Shown here: positions 51,022-64,000 of the stretch, in pieces
How positions within the stretch are numbered: position 1 is the stretch's first letter
Layout: each line of letters begins with the position of its first letter
From: the human T2T-CHM13v2.0 reference genome, Homo sapiens
Direction: 5' to 3' (one strand)
Length of the DNA stretch: 64,000 bases
Assembly: GCF_009914755.1 (NCBI RefSeq)
Contig: NC_060926.1
Position numbers and translations under genes: made by a program
Notes under the pieces: generated by a model
Seen by the model: the letters and a program-made list of their open reading frames with translations, nothing else
Told to the model about the DNA's origin: nothing
Database searches by the model: none

Positions 51022-51589
51022 TTGTTATCCCCAAACCCTCCCAATCCTAGTGCACACTCTTCAGAGTTTACCTTCTCATCAGCTCTTCTTAAATCCACTC
51101 ACACCACCACCTTCCTGTAGGGCCAATGCCTTCTTCTTCTATCATGAAAAATGTGAAGTTTGATTGAGAGTTATTTATTTACATGTCTGCATCCCTTTTC
51201 AAGACAGGAATATTTTGAATGTTGTAAGAGTTTATTATCTCAGCACAGTTCCTCATGCATGTGCAACACACTACTAAAACATTGTATGTTAATGTAAATT
51301 CATTAAAGACACATTCAAGCACTTTCCATGTGCAAGATACTAAAGGGAGATTATCAAAGAAGAGTTGACTACCATTCTTATCTTCAAGACACCTCCAATT
51401 TTTCTTGAAGAATTTTAATATATGAGATAAGAATAATTTCATTTCTTAGATTTTAATTTCTTGATGAATTTAGTCACTAGATTCACAATTCTGTGGTCAG
51501 TGTTGTAAGCGTAAACATTTGTAGCTTATTTTCGTATGGCTTCTTTTTAAAATTCAACAAACAAGAAATGTGTGGACAAAAGAATGTGG

Positions 51590-52025
51590 CGAAGGGGTTA
51601 AATTGTGTTATTCTGGCATATTGACTATTTAAGTTAAAGGCACTTGAAAAATGCAGGTATAAAAAGGTCACTTTGACCTTCATGTGTAAGATGAAATTCT
51701 TGTGTGAAAAATGCCCTCCCCATACTAGAAAGATACAACATTCTCCACAGGAGGAGAAATCAAAACCAAGAGAATACTGTACAGACCTTGTTAGAATAAC
51801 GCTTCTTTTAAGCTTTCCTACATAGTTTAGCTGCTTCTTTTCCCAATTCACTATATAAGTAACTGACTCTAACTACTTCTTCGGCTCTTCATTTCCTTCT
51901 GAGGACTCCTATGCACGTATAATTTGTATTATGCTTTTCTCCTATTAATCTATGTTATGTCAATTTACTTCTTAAACCCAGCTGGGAACCTAAGATAACA
52001 GAGGTGGGATTTTTCTGTCTCTACA
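51590..52025 (+). mobile_element. MER34-family solo LTR (ERV1)
   Basis: 'gaaggggtt...tggcatattgactatttaagttaaaggcacttgaaaa', 'tatgcttttctcctattaatct', ends 'ctctaca'; flanks gtgg/atgg. Confidence 0.75.
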
Positions 52026-52084
52026 ATGGTATAATAATAATGTGTTACTTTACAGTAGGTTTTAGGATACCAAAACATGTTTAG

Positions 52085-52250
52085 GTACATAATTTTATTT
52101 GATCCATACAACTATGTGGCAAAAGCAGAGCTGGTAATATCATTCCCACTTTACAGATAAGTAAATAGAGGCTCAGAAGGCTGACAAAAGGCACAGTCAG
52201 AACTTAGGTCGACATCCAAGCCTAGCTTCACACTGTCACTACACACTTTG
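52085..52250 (-). mobile_element. MIR fragment
   Basis: 'cattcccactttacagataagtaaatagaggctcagaagg'. Confidence 0.7.
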
Positions 52251-54143
52251 CCCCAGGTTCTAGAATGTTAAATTTAAGGCAGAATGGTTATAAATTAGCA
52301 AGTTGGATAATTCAGCAGTGAATGTAAATGAGAGTTATAAGATAAATGACATTTAGTGACATTAATTAACTGATTAAATTAAACCTGATATTTTAATCAG
52401 AATTTGTTTGTGCAGTGCTAGATAAAATGAAATGTAGTTTAACCTAGTTACTTGAAAAAATTCCAGTTACCATAACAACTTCTTGTGATTTCAATTAAAG
52501 GTGGTCTTTTCTTTATATTATTTTTAGAACTTTAGTTACCATAACAACCAGATGCCGTGTATTTGATCAGTTAAATCATTCCCAAACAGTTAAAATATGA
52601 TGTTCTCTTGGAAACAATCAAAATATGATAAGTGGTGTGTCAGGAATTAATGCCCAAATGGCAACGCAGACGCAATTTTTCAAGGAGCTCACATGTGAAA
52701 TAAAAGACCAATGAATCTTCCTTTGTATGTGGGCTTATGATGTTTCTCAGTTACAGAAATCAAAAAGAGATTATTTATCAATTGGAGGAAAGTGGAGATG
52801 TCAGGTTCTGGGGTAATATGAATTGTCAGAGCTACAAAGAGAAATGATGTAAATGATAAATTCATTTTCACCAGGTTTGGGGGCTTTGCTGGAAACAGTA
52901 TTACCAGAGCTTTGCCCAAGCTGAGAGTGGGGAGAGGAATTTGGCTTTATATAATAGAAAACAGCTCTGCCTTTCTGTGTTCATTACCTCCCCCATGCCT
53001 CGCCCTGTAAAGGAGAATTTTTAAAGGAGTCTCTTCCTATCTTAAGAAACTGGTTTCCTAATATCAATGAGGGGAGCCACCACTCCTATACTTATAGGCT
53101 CTGCAGTTATTGAAATAGAGATTGGGAGCAAGATGACCACAGGGGAGGTCCAAAGAGGAAAAAAAATGAAAGCAAGAGAGTTCAGAAATAGGAGAATGGC
53201 AGACCAAGAAGATGAAGGAAAGAACACAGGCAAGGGGTAAAGTCCAGGATGAGGCAGCCCAAGTAAGGAAGGCAGAACAGAACAAGGGGCAAAGCAGAAA
53301 CCAGCCTCACCTGCAGCCACGTGTCCCTAGAAAGAAACAAGGAGGCAGAATCAGTTAAACGTGCTGACGGCTATCTACCTTCAATCATGTGAAAATACTT
53401 CCGACATATTGGGCCCAAATGCATGGCAAACGAACATCAGTAAAATTCCCTTGCTCTCCGAATCAAAGGCCTCACCTGTTTGAGGTAAATTGGCCCTTCC
53501 GGGCAGATGTCTTGCTTTATTTGATGGGCAGCCATCCACGTGGAAGTGGGTTAAGGACAAAAGATGCATCTGGTTGCCCTGAAGGAAGGGCCAGGTTGCC
53601 CATTAAGTGACAAATAAAGATGGCCTCTCCCTGTTATCACCCCCTGCCCATGAAACGAGGAGAGAGCCGCTTGTCTTGCCCACAGCCTGTGCAGAAGCAA
53701 CAGACGGATGGTGAGAGTGTCAACCGTGGATTCCGGGCTTAATTGTAGTCCTTTTGCTTAATGAGGTTTCGTGAGGAGGAGGAGGTGGGGGATTGGTGTG
53801 TGCTCCTGTGGCTGAGGGTTATTTAATTAAAAAACAATAAAGCTGCCAGCTGCCGCTGGTTAACAATCTGGAACCCTCCCTTTCTTCCTCCCAGACGTGA
53901 ACACAACACAGAGAGATAAAGCCTCTCTAACCGGCTTGTGAGCTGAGGCCCTGTTAGCACCCCCAGATCAAACCACCCCATTTTCTTCCTAAGCTCTCTT
54001 TGGTTGCCAAAAACATTGCTAGCTGATCTATGGAGAGTTAAAGACCCCCCTCATAGCTAAATTACAAAAAAGAAAACAAACAAAACTCCTATTCACCCCT
54101 TCTCCTTGGTGCTTGTTTTGAGACCAAAAAAATGTACCCTGGA

Positions 54144-54667
<524 letters not shown>

Positions 54668-54879
54668 ACCCTGGAAATGGACACAGGGGAGGTGATGCAG
54701 AAAGGGGGTATCTTCCAGCTCCTGTCTCCTGTGTGTATCCTGATATGAACACATGGACGTGGAGGCTTTCCCAGGAAGGATGCATAGTCTCCTACCAACA
54801 GGGTTTCTGTCCTCTGTGTCCAGGGCTTCACCACTTCCAACAGTCACCTGGGGAATTTGCTTTAAAAAAATACCACTTC

Positions 54880-55151
54880 TCCCAGCACTTTGGGAGGCCG
54901 AGGCGGGTGGATCACAAGATCAGGAGTTCAAGACCAGCCTGGCCAAGATGGTGAAACCCTGTCTCTACTAAAAATACAAAAATTAGCTAGGCATGGTGGC
55001 AGGCACCTATAATCCCAGCTACTCGGGAGGCTGAGGCAGAGGATTGCTTGAACCCTGGAGGCAGAAGTTGCAGTGAGCTGAGATTGTGCCATTGCACTTC
55101 AACAAGAGCGGGACTCCATCTCCAAAAAAAAAAAAAAAAAAAAAAAAAAAA
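54880..55151 (+). mobile_element. AluSg-like, 5'-truncated, inserted within a MER5 remnant (~54820-55245)
   Basis: 'gatcacaagatcaggagttc...ggccaagatggtg'; cacttct duplicated on both sides; flanks 'tcacctggggaatt' and 'ggagattctga...aatctgtatttttaccaag' are MER5-like. Confidence 0.9.
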
Positions 55152-55644
55152 CACTTCTGAGGCTCTTCCCTGGAGATTCTGAATAAATTAGTGTCTGAAT
55201 CTGTATTTTTACCAAGGGCCTTCATTGATGTTTCTGATCAGAAATGTCTGAAAAATTATCTTCTCATTACCTGTTTACCCGAGGGACCTGAGTGGAGACT
55301 AGAGAGAAGGGAGTGAAATGGAAAGTTCCTTCAATGCAGAGTGTTTAGCCTTGCGTATATTTCTCAGTTACCAACAAAGGCCCAAAGCCTGTCTGTGATT
55401 TTTCTGTTTAAAGAGCTCCCCCATCTCCTAACACCTCCAGCTCAGCTAGGGAAAAGCAATGTAACAAAACTGCAGGGTCTGTTTCTAGGGGGTAAAAACT
55501 AGCTACTGATTAGCTGTGGTATCTTAACAGCATTCTTGTTTGAAGCATCCCTGTGGCAAATTATTAACACACTAGAGTGAGGCTTAAACCAGGAGACCCC
55601 CATCTCCTTACTAATTAATCAAACTTCAAAAGTTCACTCACTAG

Positions 55645-55753
55645 TAGGTGACAACCATGTCTTTTTGCCTGAGGCTGTGTCAGTTTTAGCACTGAAAATC
55701 CCTTTCTGGGAAACCTCTCAGTCCCAGGCAGACCAGGGCATGGATCACCTCTA
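55645..55753 (-). mobile_element. MER81-like hAT-Blackjack element
   Basis: 'taggtgacaac...gttttagcactgaaaatccc...ctgggaaacctctcagtcccaggc...atcacc'. Confidence 0.7.
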
Positions 55754-56341
55754 GTAACCAGCTCACACTATTGGTGCCTCTCTTGGGATTATTCAGCTTT
55801 TCTTTCCCCCTATCCTAGATGCATCATGAATTTCACAGGGGAATTGTGAATCTGGGGATACTCAGGCCTCACGCATGCATTCTCTGCATCTCACTTAGCA
55901 CCTTCCTCAATTTTCTCTTCTTCAGCACCTATCAATTGGCTAAAGAGCCAGCTTATTCTCTTCCAATTGGCTATAGACCCCACTTATTCTCTTCCCAGCT
56001 TCCAATTATCTTTTCCCCTGCCTAGTAAAAAAAGCCCTATATTCTCCAAATCGAGTTCTCTGATGACTTTTGATGTCCTTTTAAGTCCACCAAATAGGCT
56101 GGCCTAGGATTAAATAATCTTTGGAATCGCATTTTATTTGCATTTCAAATGTACAATTTGCATGGCATTTGCTTATGCCTCAGTCAGATTGGTTCAGATC
56201 TCATCCATATTTATTTAGGGGGAGGGGAAGTATAAGAGCAAAATATTGTGGACTCCTGGTCAGAAAAGCTGACTCCAGATCCTGGCCTTGACATTTATTT
56301 GATCAGCAACCTTAGATCAATCAGTTTTGCTTTATGAAAAA

Positions 56342-56845
56342 TTGAGATGGTTGAATTATTTTCCTTCCTAAAAATTATATGCTGAAGTCCTAACCCCCAG
56401 GACCTCAGATTGTGATCTTATTTGGAAATAAGGTCATTGTAGATACAATTACTTAAGTCAGGATGAAGTCATACTCATCTAACTCACACTCTTCATTTTG
56501 GAGTAGGGTAGGTCCCTAACCCAAACTGACTGGTGTCCTTATAGAAAGCGAAATTTGAAGACAGACACGCATGCAGGGAGAACGCCATGTGAAGTGTGGG
56601 GTTACACTGCCACAGGTCAAGCAACTCTCAGAAGGCAGGACCAGAAGGTAGGAGGAGAGAAATCTGGAAGGAACAGACCTTTTCCTTGCACCTGCAGAGG
56701 GAGCACGACATGCCAATGCCTTGATCTTGGACCTGTACACCTTGGAGTCTCCAGACTGTGAGGTTTCTGTTTAGAAATAAATTTCTGTTGTTTAAGCTAC
56801 TCAGTTTTTGGTACTTTTAAATGGTAGCCCTACTAAACTAATGTA
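56342..56845 (+). mobile_element. MLT1B/C LTR inserted into a MIR (MIR halves ~56245-56341 and 56846-56935)
   Basis: 'tgaagtcctaacccccag...ttatttggaaataaggtc...gactggtgtccttata...aataaatttctgttgtttaagc...gtagcccta..aaactaat'. Confidence 0.85.
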
Positions 56846-56964
56846 AATGGTAACACCTACTTCATAGGATTTTTCTGAGAATTAAATATATAAGAATATT
56901 TATGTGAAAGTACTTGGTACATAGGAGTCATTAATGAATAGAAGAAAAAAATAATAGAGAGAGA

Positions 56965-57170
56965 CAGCAGTGAGTTACCAGAAAATGACACCCTTGGAGT
57001 TACAGTATCAAGGTTCAAACTCCCTTTCCTTCTCTGTTATACCTTATATGGCAACTGCAAACCACTTCAACCTTTCATCTCTTTGATCCTCATTTCCTCA
57101 TCTGTAAAATGGATATAATAGTACAAACTTCCTAGGGAAGTTGGGATGATTAAGTAAGAGAACAAGTGAA
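56965..57170 (+). mobile_element. MIR SINE
   Basis: 'cctcatttcctcatctgtaaaatggatataatagtac'. Confidence 0.7.
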
Positions 57171-58723
57171 ACTACATCAACCAGCTTTGTAATGAGAGGC
57201 CACGTGGCTTTTGTCCTTGCAATGTAGAAGGCACAAAAATGTAAACCTCTCTTCTCTCAGCAATTGCCTCTACCTTTGCCCCCTTAGCCCTCGACTGAGG
57301 CCAAGAGCTAAGAGCTGACAGATGGATGGAGCTTGAGATCCTGCCAACCCTTTGTGTGTTGGAGATGATGGCACCACAAGGACTTCCCCTTTCCTTTCTT
57401 CCTCCCTGCCCACCCCCAATTCAAGAGCAAATTTCATGCTTCTTTCCTGAGGATCAAAAGAGCTATGACTCTGATAGTTAATGGTTTAAATCCCCTTTCC
57501 TTTCTTTTTCAGAAGAAACAATTTGATAGCTATAATTATTGCTGCAGACCCAATTATTTTTTCACAGAAATTAAATATGTCTGTGGTAGTACTTCAATAG
57601 CTCAATGTGTTTGCTATGCTATCAAAACCATGTTTTTTCCTACTCTGTTGAAGAAATGAACAATTGAGTGCCAGATTGCAGAACTGAGGTTTTGTTTAAT
57701 ATTTACTGCTAGCAGCCACATTCGCTTCTGCAAAGGTATACTTATATCCAACAAAACCCATGACGGCAATTCACACACAACCTTCCTCCAGGAGTAAGCA
57801 TATACATACTGAAATATTTGTTCCAGTCTTAAACTATGGTGCCTTTTTACCAAGTGACACCATTTATGGAAATTTATCTTAGAGAAATACATATTCAAGT
57901 GCACAGCAATGCACAGCTTTGTGTAACCAGCATATTCAGTGGAGATTATTTATAATTTTTAAAGCAAAATCCTAAATTCTAATAATAGGGAATGGATTTC
58001 ATGGAGTATGGTTCTCCTATTAGTTACATAGGATTGGCAATCATTGAGCTGAGACTTTCCTGCTACATTATGAAGGTATCAGTTAGTTTCAGCATTAGAA
58101 CCGTAAGCAATTTGCCATCAATCAGTGTCTCTTTCCATTTTTTCTATTTCCTACTGCTTCCTGGGCTGTCACAGAATCCATGCCATGGAATTCTCTGGAA
58201 GTGCCAACAATCTAATAGAAAATGGAAGCTTTGAAGGGACACACAACCCTTCGTGGCTTAGATTTTTCTCCAACAACTTCTATCTCATCAGTCAAGTGAC
58301 ATCTGCCTCAAATGTTGCCATTAAATCACCAGGAAGAATTTTGCTGACAATTTAATTGGAAATATCAATGCTGGCATTCCAATTCCTTTTTCAACATGAT
58401 AAAAGTCCTCCTAGAAAAGCATCCATGTTGTACCTGTAAATCATGTCTCAAGAGGCTTAAGATTCCATCTGCTGGTGCAAAGTAAAATTTTTAGCTACAA
58501 ATAGATCTTGTGTATATATCAGCATGTTTGGATGTAAAGGGCTGGTTGAGCCTCTCTGTCTTGGCAAAAGCAGGCAAGAAACAACAGGTATCAACCTGGA
58601 TACAAGTCACGATGTGGGTTGGGAGAGTAGGTCAACAAACACAAGGGATTATCTACATTATTTATGGACTTGCAAACAAATTTGGGATAAAAGGTATTTT
58701 GCAATATGTACACACACACACTC

Positions 58724-58734
58724 GATAGATAGAT

Positions 58735-58779
<45 letters not shown>

Positions 58780-58807
58780 GATAAGATAGATAGATAGATA
58801 GATAGAT
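58724..58807. repeat. Complex GATA tetranucleotide STR
   Basis: (GATA)2 GAT (GATA)11 A GATA A (GATA)5 GAT, preceded by a short (CA)n. Confidence 0.97.
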
Positions 58808-59004
58808 TTTAAGCAAGGGCCCTCTATTAGTTACGTGTACAGATGCCGTATGTCCTGGGCTTGTGCTATATCCTCAAATGTAGACATATGCTACTAGTTC
58901 TCACTACTAAATAAACCTAAGCAGTAGTTTCTCCCTGCTCTATGAGCTTGAAATGGAGACAAAGTTTGAATAAGGCTTGTTTCCAGTTGGCAGTCACTCC
59001 AGCT

Positions 59005-59220
59005 TAGGGTTTTTCAACCTTGGCACTGCTGACATTTTGGACCAGATAATTCTTTGTTGTGACAGGCTGTCCCGTACATTGTAGGATGTTCAGCAGTATC
59101 CCTGGCTTCTGCCTACCAGATGCCAGTAGCTGCCTCCTAGTCGTAGCAACCAAAAAAATGTCTCAAGACATTGCCAAATGTTCTCTGGGAGGTAAAATCA
59201 CCGCTGGTTGGGAATCATTG
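59005..59220. mobile_element. MER20 (hAT-Charlie), full length
   Basis: 'tcaaccttggcactgctgacattttggaccagataattctttgttgt...ccagatgccagtagc...gacattgccaaatgt'. Confidence 0.92.
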
Positions 59221-59237
59221 CCCTGGATTATTCTTAT

Positions 59238-59732
59238 TGTGGTTGTGTTGTGCATTAGCAACTTAGTTAAACTGGAGCTAATTCTCTCCAGAATTTCCTC
59301 CCTTGTATGGTTCCAGATTGGCATTGACCATGAGAGGCATTTTGCATGAGATTTGGGAGTTAGAGTGAAGCCTCAGCTGTTTGAGTATGCTTTGAAGTTT
59401 GGTACAGAGCCCCAGGCACTGTGGCAGCCCATGCACACTGTCGCTGGTTTACTGGCTCACATTGTTGGCATAGGTGGCACTCAGACCAACAGCTTCTCCA
59501 GATCTACTCCTTTAGTTTCTGAGTCCTGTGTCAAAGGGTACCAGCTTTCTTTCCCAACTGCTAGTCTAGTTGACTGTAGTGACTTCAGGCTCAACACTAG
59601 ATGTAGAGGCAGCAGCCTGCACAAGGGCTTCACCAGTGCCTTCTATTGAAAAAAATCAAATCACTATAATAAATCCTTTATTCTATGTCACTCACAGCAG
59701 TTTTTCCTCTCTGATTGAACCTTGACAGATAG
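59238..59732 (+). mobile_element. ERVL LTR (LTR41-like)
   Basis: 'ccagaatttcctcccttgtatggttcc...tgagatttggga...gtgaagc'; 3' end 'aataaatcc...ctctctgattgaaccttgacagata'. Confidence 0.55.
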
Positions 59733-59829
59733 ACTAGGTGGAGATTTCAGGTTGTAGTGACAATTTGGAGAGACCTGGAAAACTTCCCTACATTTACTCT
59801 ACGCCAGAAAATTAGTTTATGCCAAACAT

Positions 59830-60190
59830 CTTGCCAGGGATTGGTTCAGAGCTGAATTAAGTCAATTTAAGCCAATGAGATGCAAGAAGAAGCTTGTTTG
59901 GGGTTTCTGGAAATAAAAAGTCAGTCTGTCCCTATGCAACTAGAAATAAACACAAAAGTATGCTGTACCAGTTGCTGCTGGCAGCCACCATGTGACCATG
60001 TGGGGAACCAGCTTTAGGATAAAGCTGATACCACTGACAGCAAAGCGAAAGCCAAAAAGAACCTAGGTCTGAAAATATCTCTGAGCTGTGGAATCAATAA
60101 ACCCTGAAGCCTTCTCTACTTCTGAACTTCCTTTTGCATGAGATAATAAATTGCCCTATGGTTTAACCAAATCTGGCTGGAATTGTTGTA
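59830..60190 (+). mobile_element. MLT1L/K-like LTR
   Basis: 'gccaatgagatg...ctgctggcagccacc...tgagctgtggaatcaa...tgagataataaattgccc'. Confidence 0.65.
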
Positions 60191-60944
60191 TTCTTAAATT
60201 AGCTTTATAGTCTAGTTTAAACCTTGGATGCAAATTATTCTCATTTATTAAAAATGATTTGACCTGATCACCCTGAGATGAAGCCTCCATTTTTTTTTTT
60301 TTTTAAATATCTTATACCGCTCCTCGTCACCTCAGAACTAGCAGTCTGGATGGTCTTGCTTTGCTGCTTCTACCAATTTTGTTGGAGTCCTCAGTATGTA
60401 GGAAGAGGAGTCGAGCCTCGCTGCCGACTCTGTTAGCCCTAGATTCTTCCTAACACTTCTGAGCTAAAAGCAAAGGATGAAGAAAACTGAACAAATAAAT
60501 TCTCCGGAAGTTCAGGCATGTGTGGACTTGTTTCCATCGGAACCAAGAATCACCCGAACAGCTTGGGTCTTCTCCAGCTGTGATCAACAACAGTCCTGGG
60601 CCATCCACAACCAACAGGAAACCGACATGCGATAATAGAGGCAGCAAAGTAAAACTCTCCCTGTAGTATCAAGGCATCCTCATACCTGGGGCAATCTTTG
60701 TCACCTTGTCGACTGTAAGCTCTTGGATACAGAGTAGACACCCCACTCTTTGGCTACTTGGTCCATGGACATACTGGGATGAAGTGAAAGAGTCACAAAG
60801 GGGCTACTGCTAAAGAAAGCTGCCTTTGTCTCCAAATAAATAGTGTGGTGAGTCCCGGCTGGATTTCATCTCCCATTTACTCCCTCGGCCTGGCTTCTGT
60901 GCACCAGGGCACAACTGGTACAGCCGTCAGCGATGCCCCGATCA

Positions 60945-61110
60945 AGAGTTGTGGGATCAGACAAACTAAGACTCTAAGCCTTGTGCTTTCACCAGAAAGT
61001 GAGCATGTCATGCATCTTCCCAAAGCCCCATTGTCTCATCAATAAAATGAGAATAAGAAAACCTCTCATCATGTGCAGCACATGGTAGAAACACAATAAA
61101 TATCATTTTC
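60945..61110 (+). mobile_element. MIR fragment
   Basis: 'ctcatcaataaaatgagaataag...cagcacatggtagaaacacaataaat'. Confidence 0.5.
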
Positions 61111-62544
61111 TTTGTCTTCTCCTCCCTCACCTCCTCACTGCCACAGCTGACCTCCCTGACCCACACCGCCTCCTCCCGCAGGTATTCATCAGATTCTTCA
61201 GCTTAGCTGGGTGCTGGTCCTCCCTGCAGCTGCCCACACTCTGACAGCTGGAGAAGCTCATATTAGGAAAAGCCTACTGTCCAGGTTCAAAGAAAGCCCA
61301 CACTTCCTAGCTCTGTAAGTAAAGGGAGGCACACAGCGCCGAGGGCCAGAGTGTCACACTTCTCGGGAAGAAATGGAGTTGTCAGGAAAACTTGCTGCCA
61401 TGTACCAGTGGTGCCTTCACCATGTATTCATGTCATGCTTGACTCTGGGCACCTAAGCCTGATGTTTCAACCCTGGTCACACCAATGATTGTCAAGTTCG
61501 CTCATAGACTAATGGCTTGAAAGAAGTATAATATGCACATGGCTGTGATCCAGCAACCCTGAGCTTAATCCTGCTCTAGTGTTGATTAACTGGGTGACTT
61601 CAGATAAGCCATTTCAGCCCAGTTTCCTCCAGAACCTAATTGGGGGATTATCTCACACCATCTTAGATCTTGTATCATTTGGGGGCAGAGGTGGAATGAG
61701 CACATTATGAAAAGTGCCCTCCTCTGGCCTGTTTTAAGGATTCAGTGTGTTTTAGACCAGATAATCCCATGAAAGTCTTGGTTTTCCCAAGAGTCAAACA
61801 GAGTGTTTGTACTAACCCACATCACTGAGGTGTAGCCCATATTTGGTTAATTGAATATCATTATGTACTTTGAAACTGTCGCTGCATTTAAAAATGCCTG
61901 TTTCTTATTAAGAAAAAAATATATACAATAACTCAAAAATGTGCTATAAGAAAGAAGCTGCCTGAAGAATATTTCTGCAGAGAGGCCAATTGTTTGGGAA
62001 TTGGGATGCATTCTGCCACTTGTGAAAAGAAGCAAAAAGAGAAAAAAGGAGGAGAGAGATGAGAAGCACAAATATATTGACAGATGAGAAGAATAAATGT
62101 TTTTGTTGCATGCGCCGTACAGAGGTGTTCCACACACCAAATTATGACACAACTGTTGGAGTAATGGCTGCAGCTGTTGCCTTTGTAAAGTGATCCACAA
62201 TACCCCACTCTAATAACCACAGCAACATGTCCAAGTCACTTCACACAATGAAGACAGCCTAATCCCATGCCACGTGAGCTCTGTGCCAGCCATGGCCATA
62301 TCACAGCAGCAGGATCAAGCCGGGAATAATCACATCCTTAGGAAAAAAATCCCCTGTGTAACACACTGAAATCCCTCTTAAACAAAGCAAGCATGTGAAT
62401 CTGCTACTGAACAGAAAAATTCCTTGATGAATTGCCAAGTAAGAGTAAAGGGTAAACATTCCATATGTTGCCCCCATTTCCATGGGGTAATAATTTCTAG
62501 AGGGAAAAATTGGCTCTGATGAACTAGGAAGATGCTGCTGGGCC

Positions 62545-62800
62545 TTATTCATTCATTCATTTGCTCAACAAATATTTCTTGAGCATTTACTGTGTCTTGA
62601 GCATTTTCTGATGTACACCGGAAATTCAGTGATGATCTCAGCAAGGGAGATCCACACTGAATAAATAACAAATAATTCACTGCAGTTGTGATACTGCTCT
62701 GAGAAAGAACCTGGTACTGAGTGTGAATTACAGACTGTATTTTCTCTCTAGTGCAGGTTGAAATGTACAAGTTTGCAATCACAATAAGCCTGCTTAGCAT
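62545..62800 (-). mobile_element. L2 3' end
   Basis: 'ttattcattcattcatttgctcaacaaatatttcttgagcatttactgtgtc'. Confidence 0.75.
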
Positions 62801-63039
62801 AACAAAGGACTTGGGAGTTGGTACCCAGGGAATAAGAAGTTCCATTGAAGATTAAAAAAATCATCTTTTAATGTTTTATTTGATAACATGTTCCTGTCAT
62901 TGAATATTTGAAACTTGGCAGTGAATGTGTCAGAACCAGCTTCTCAATTCATGAAGCGATAAGCACTGAAGCTAATTGTAGATATGGAAAAATTCCCTTT
63001 AATAAAGACAGGAAAACACATTCCTATATCTGAGTAGGT

Positions 63040-63280
63040 TCATGTAGCAGCCAAGATCATAGGCTCTGGAATCAGCCTGCCTGAGTTCAAGTCTGTCTCC
63101 ACCACTCGCTTGCTATAGAAGCCAACTTGCTTAAACTCTCCAAGCCACAGTTGCCTCATCTGTAAGATGGGAATAACTCTATTACCTCCCTTACAGGGCC
63201 ATTGTGAGAATTAGGTAATTAATACACATAAAATATTTTAAATAGCATCTGAGGCATAGTAAATGCTATGTTATCATTGC
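63040..63280 (+). mobile_element. MIR SINE, near full length
   Basis: 'ggctctggaatcagcctgcctgagttcaag...cctcatctgtaagatgggaataa...ggcatagtaaatgct'. Confidence 0.85.
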
Positions 63281-64000
63281 AAATACTACTGTTACTTGAA
63301 CCAAAATCTAGGATCCAACACTGTAGCTTAATAATTATGTCATCTCTAAATATTTTCTTTATTTTTTGGGAATCGCTCAGATTTAAGTTGTTCCTTGATC
63401 TCAACCCTGGATTTCTGTTTCTTCCAGATGTGAAAACCTCTTGACCCTTAAACCATTCTTAATTGTTTTCATTTAATCAGTCAAAATATGAATGCACATA
63501 TATAGTCCATCCTTGAGTGATCATTTTCCTATTTCTCAGGTTTTGTCAAGAATGGTTTTGCTAAAAACATCATCTTCTGCATGGGCCAGAAATCACACAG
63601 TGGAGATGCCACCAGATAACTCCATAACTGCTATGTCACTGTTTATGAGTTAAAATTAAGCAGCAGACTGCACTACCTAACTCCTGTAAACCTCATCCCA
63701 TTTCCTGGCCACATGGCCACCTACAAAGAATATAGACAATTTGGAGGAACGATGGAAAGGTCAACCATAAATATACACATCCTTTGTTCTTCAAGAGTGC
63801 AGCCAAATATATGAAGCCCCCCAAAATAAAAGAAAAAGTCTTAGGAAGTCAGATAAATAATTAGTTTTTTAGCCTTCAGCGTTCATTGTTTATGAAGGGT
63901 CAAGGACATTTTTGACATCTTGAAAGGCTGTTGGGACAGCAGATTGAATTTTTGGCGTAGATGATAGAGGAAATTCTGCTGAGATTTGATCATTTGTGTA

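Noticed and set aside
58470-58492. 'ctggtgcaaagtaaaatt' as a second Made1 terminal repeat
   Set aside because: Match too short and gapped.

Overview
Primate (catarrhine, human-like; AluY present) non-coding DNA: an intergenic stretch or the interior of a very large intron. I find no intact protein-coding gene, and the supplied ORFs are nearly all repeat-derived or chance. Recognisable content: a disrupted processed pseudogene of destrin (DSTN, ~3.1-3.9 kb); 13 Alu-family elements, most with visible target-site duplications (TSDs); old L1, L2, L3 and MIR fragments; several solo LTRs (MER50, THE1, MER34-, MER54-, MLT1- and LTR41-like); many DNA-transposon fossils (MER5, MER20, MER81, MER2, Tigger3a, Made1); microsatellites; and several repeat-free, homeodomain-motif-rich blocks that look like developmental enhancers. 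The most notable signal is ~17.73-18.54 kb, a decayed, intronless, codon-like sequence whose translation shows collinear motif matches to bornavirus nucleoprotein as I recall it. It is a candidate divergent endogenous bornavirus-like N (EBLN) element. Also notable are a 283-bp three-piece templated mosaic at 47.2-47.5 kb (template-switching scar) and a candidate 15-nt RBFOX-flanked microexon at 25.5 kb. All repeat family and subfamily names and all protein comparisons come from recalled consensus sequences, not database searches.
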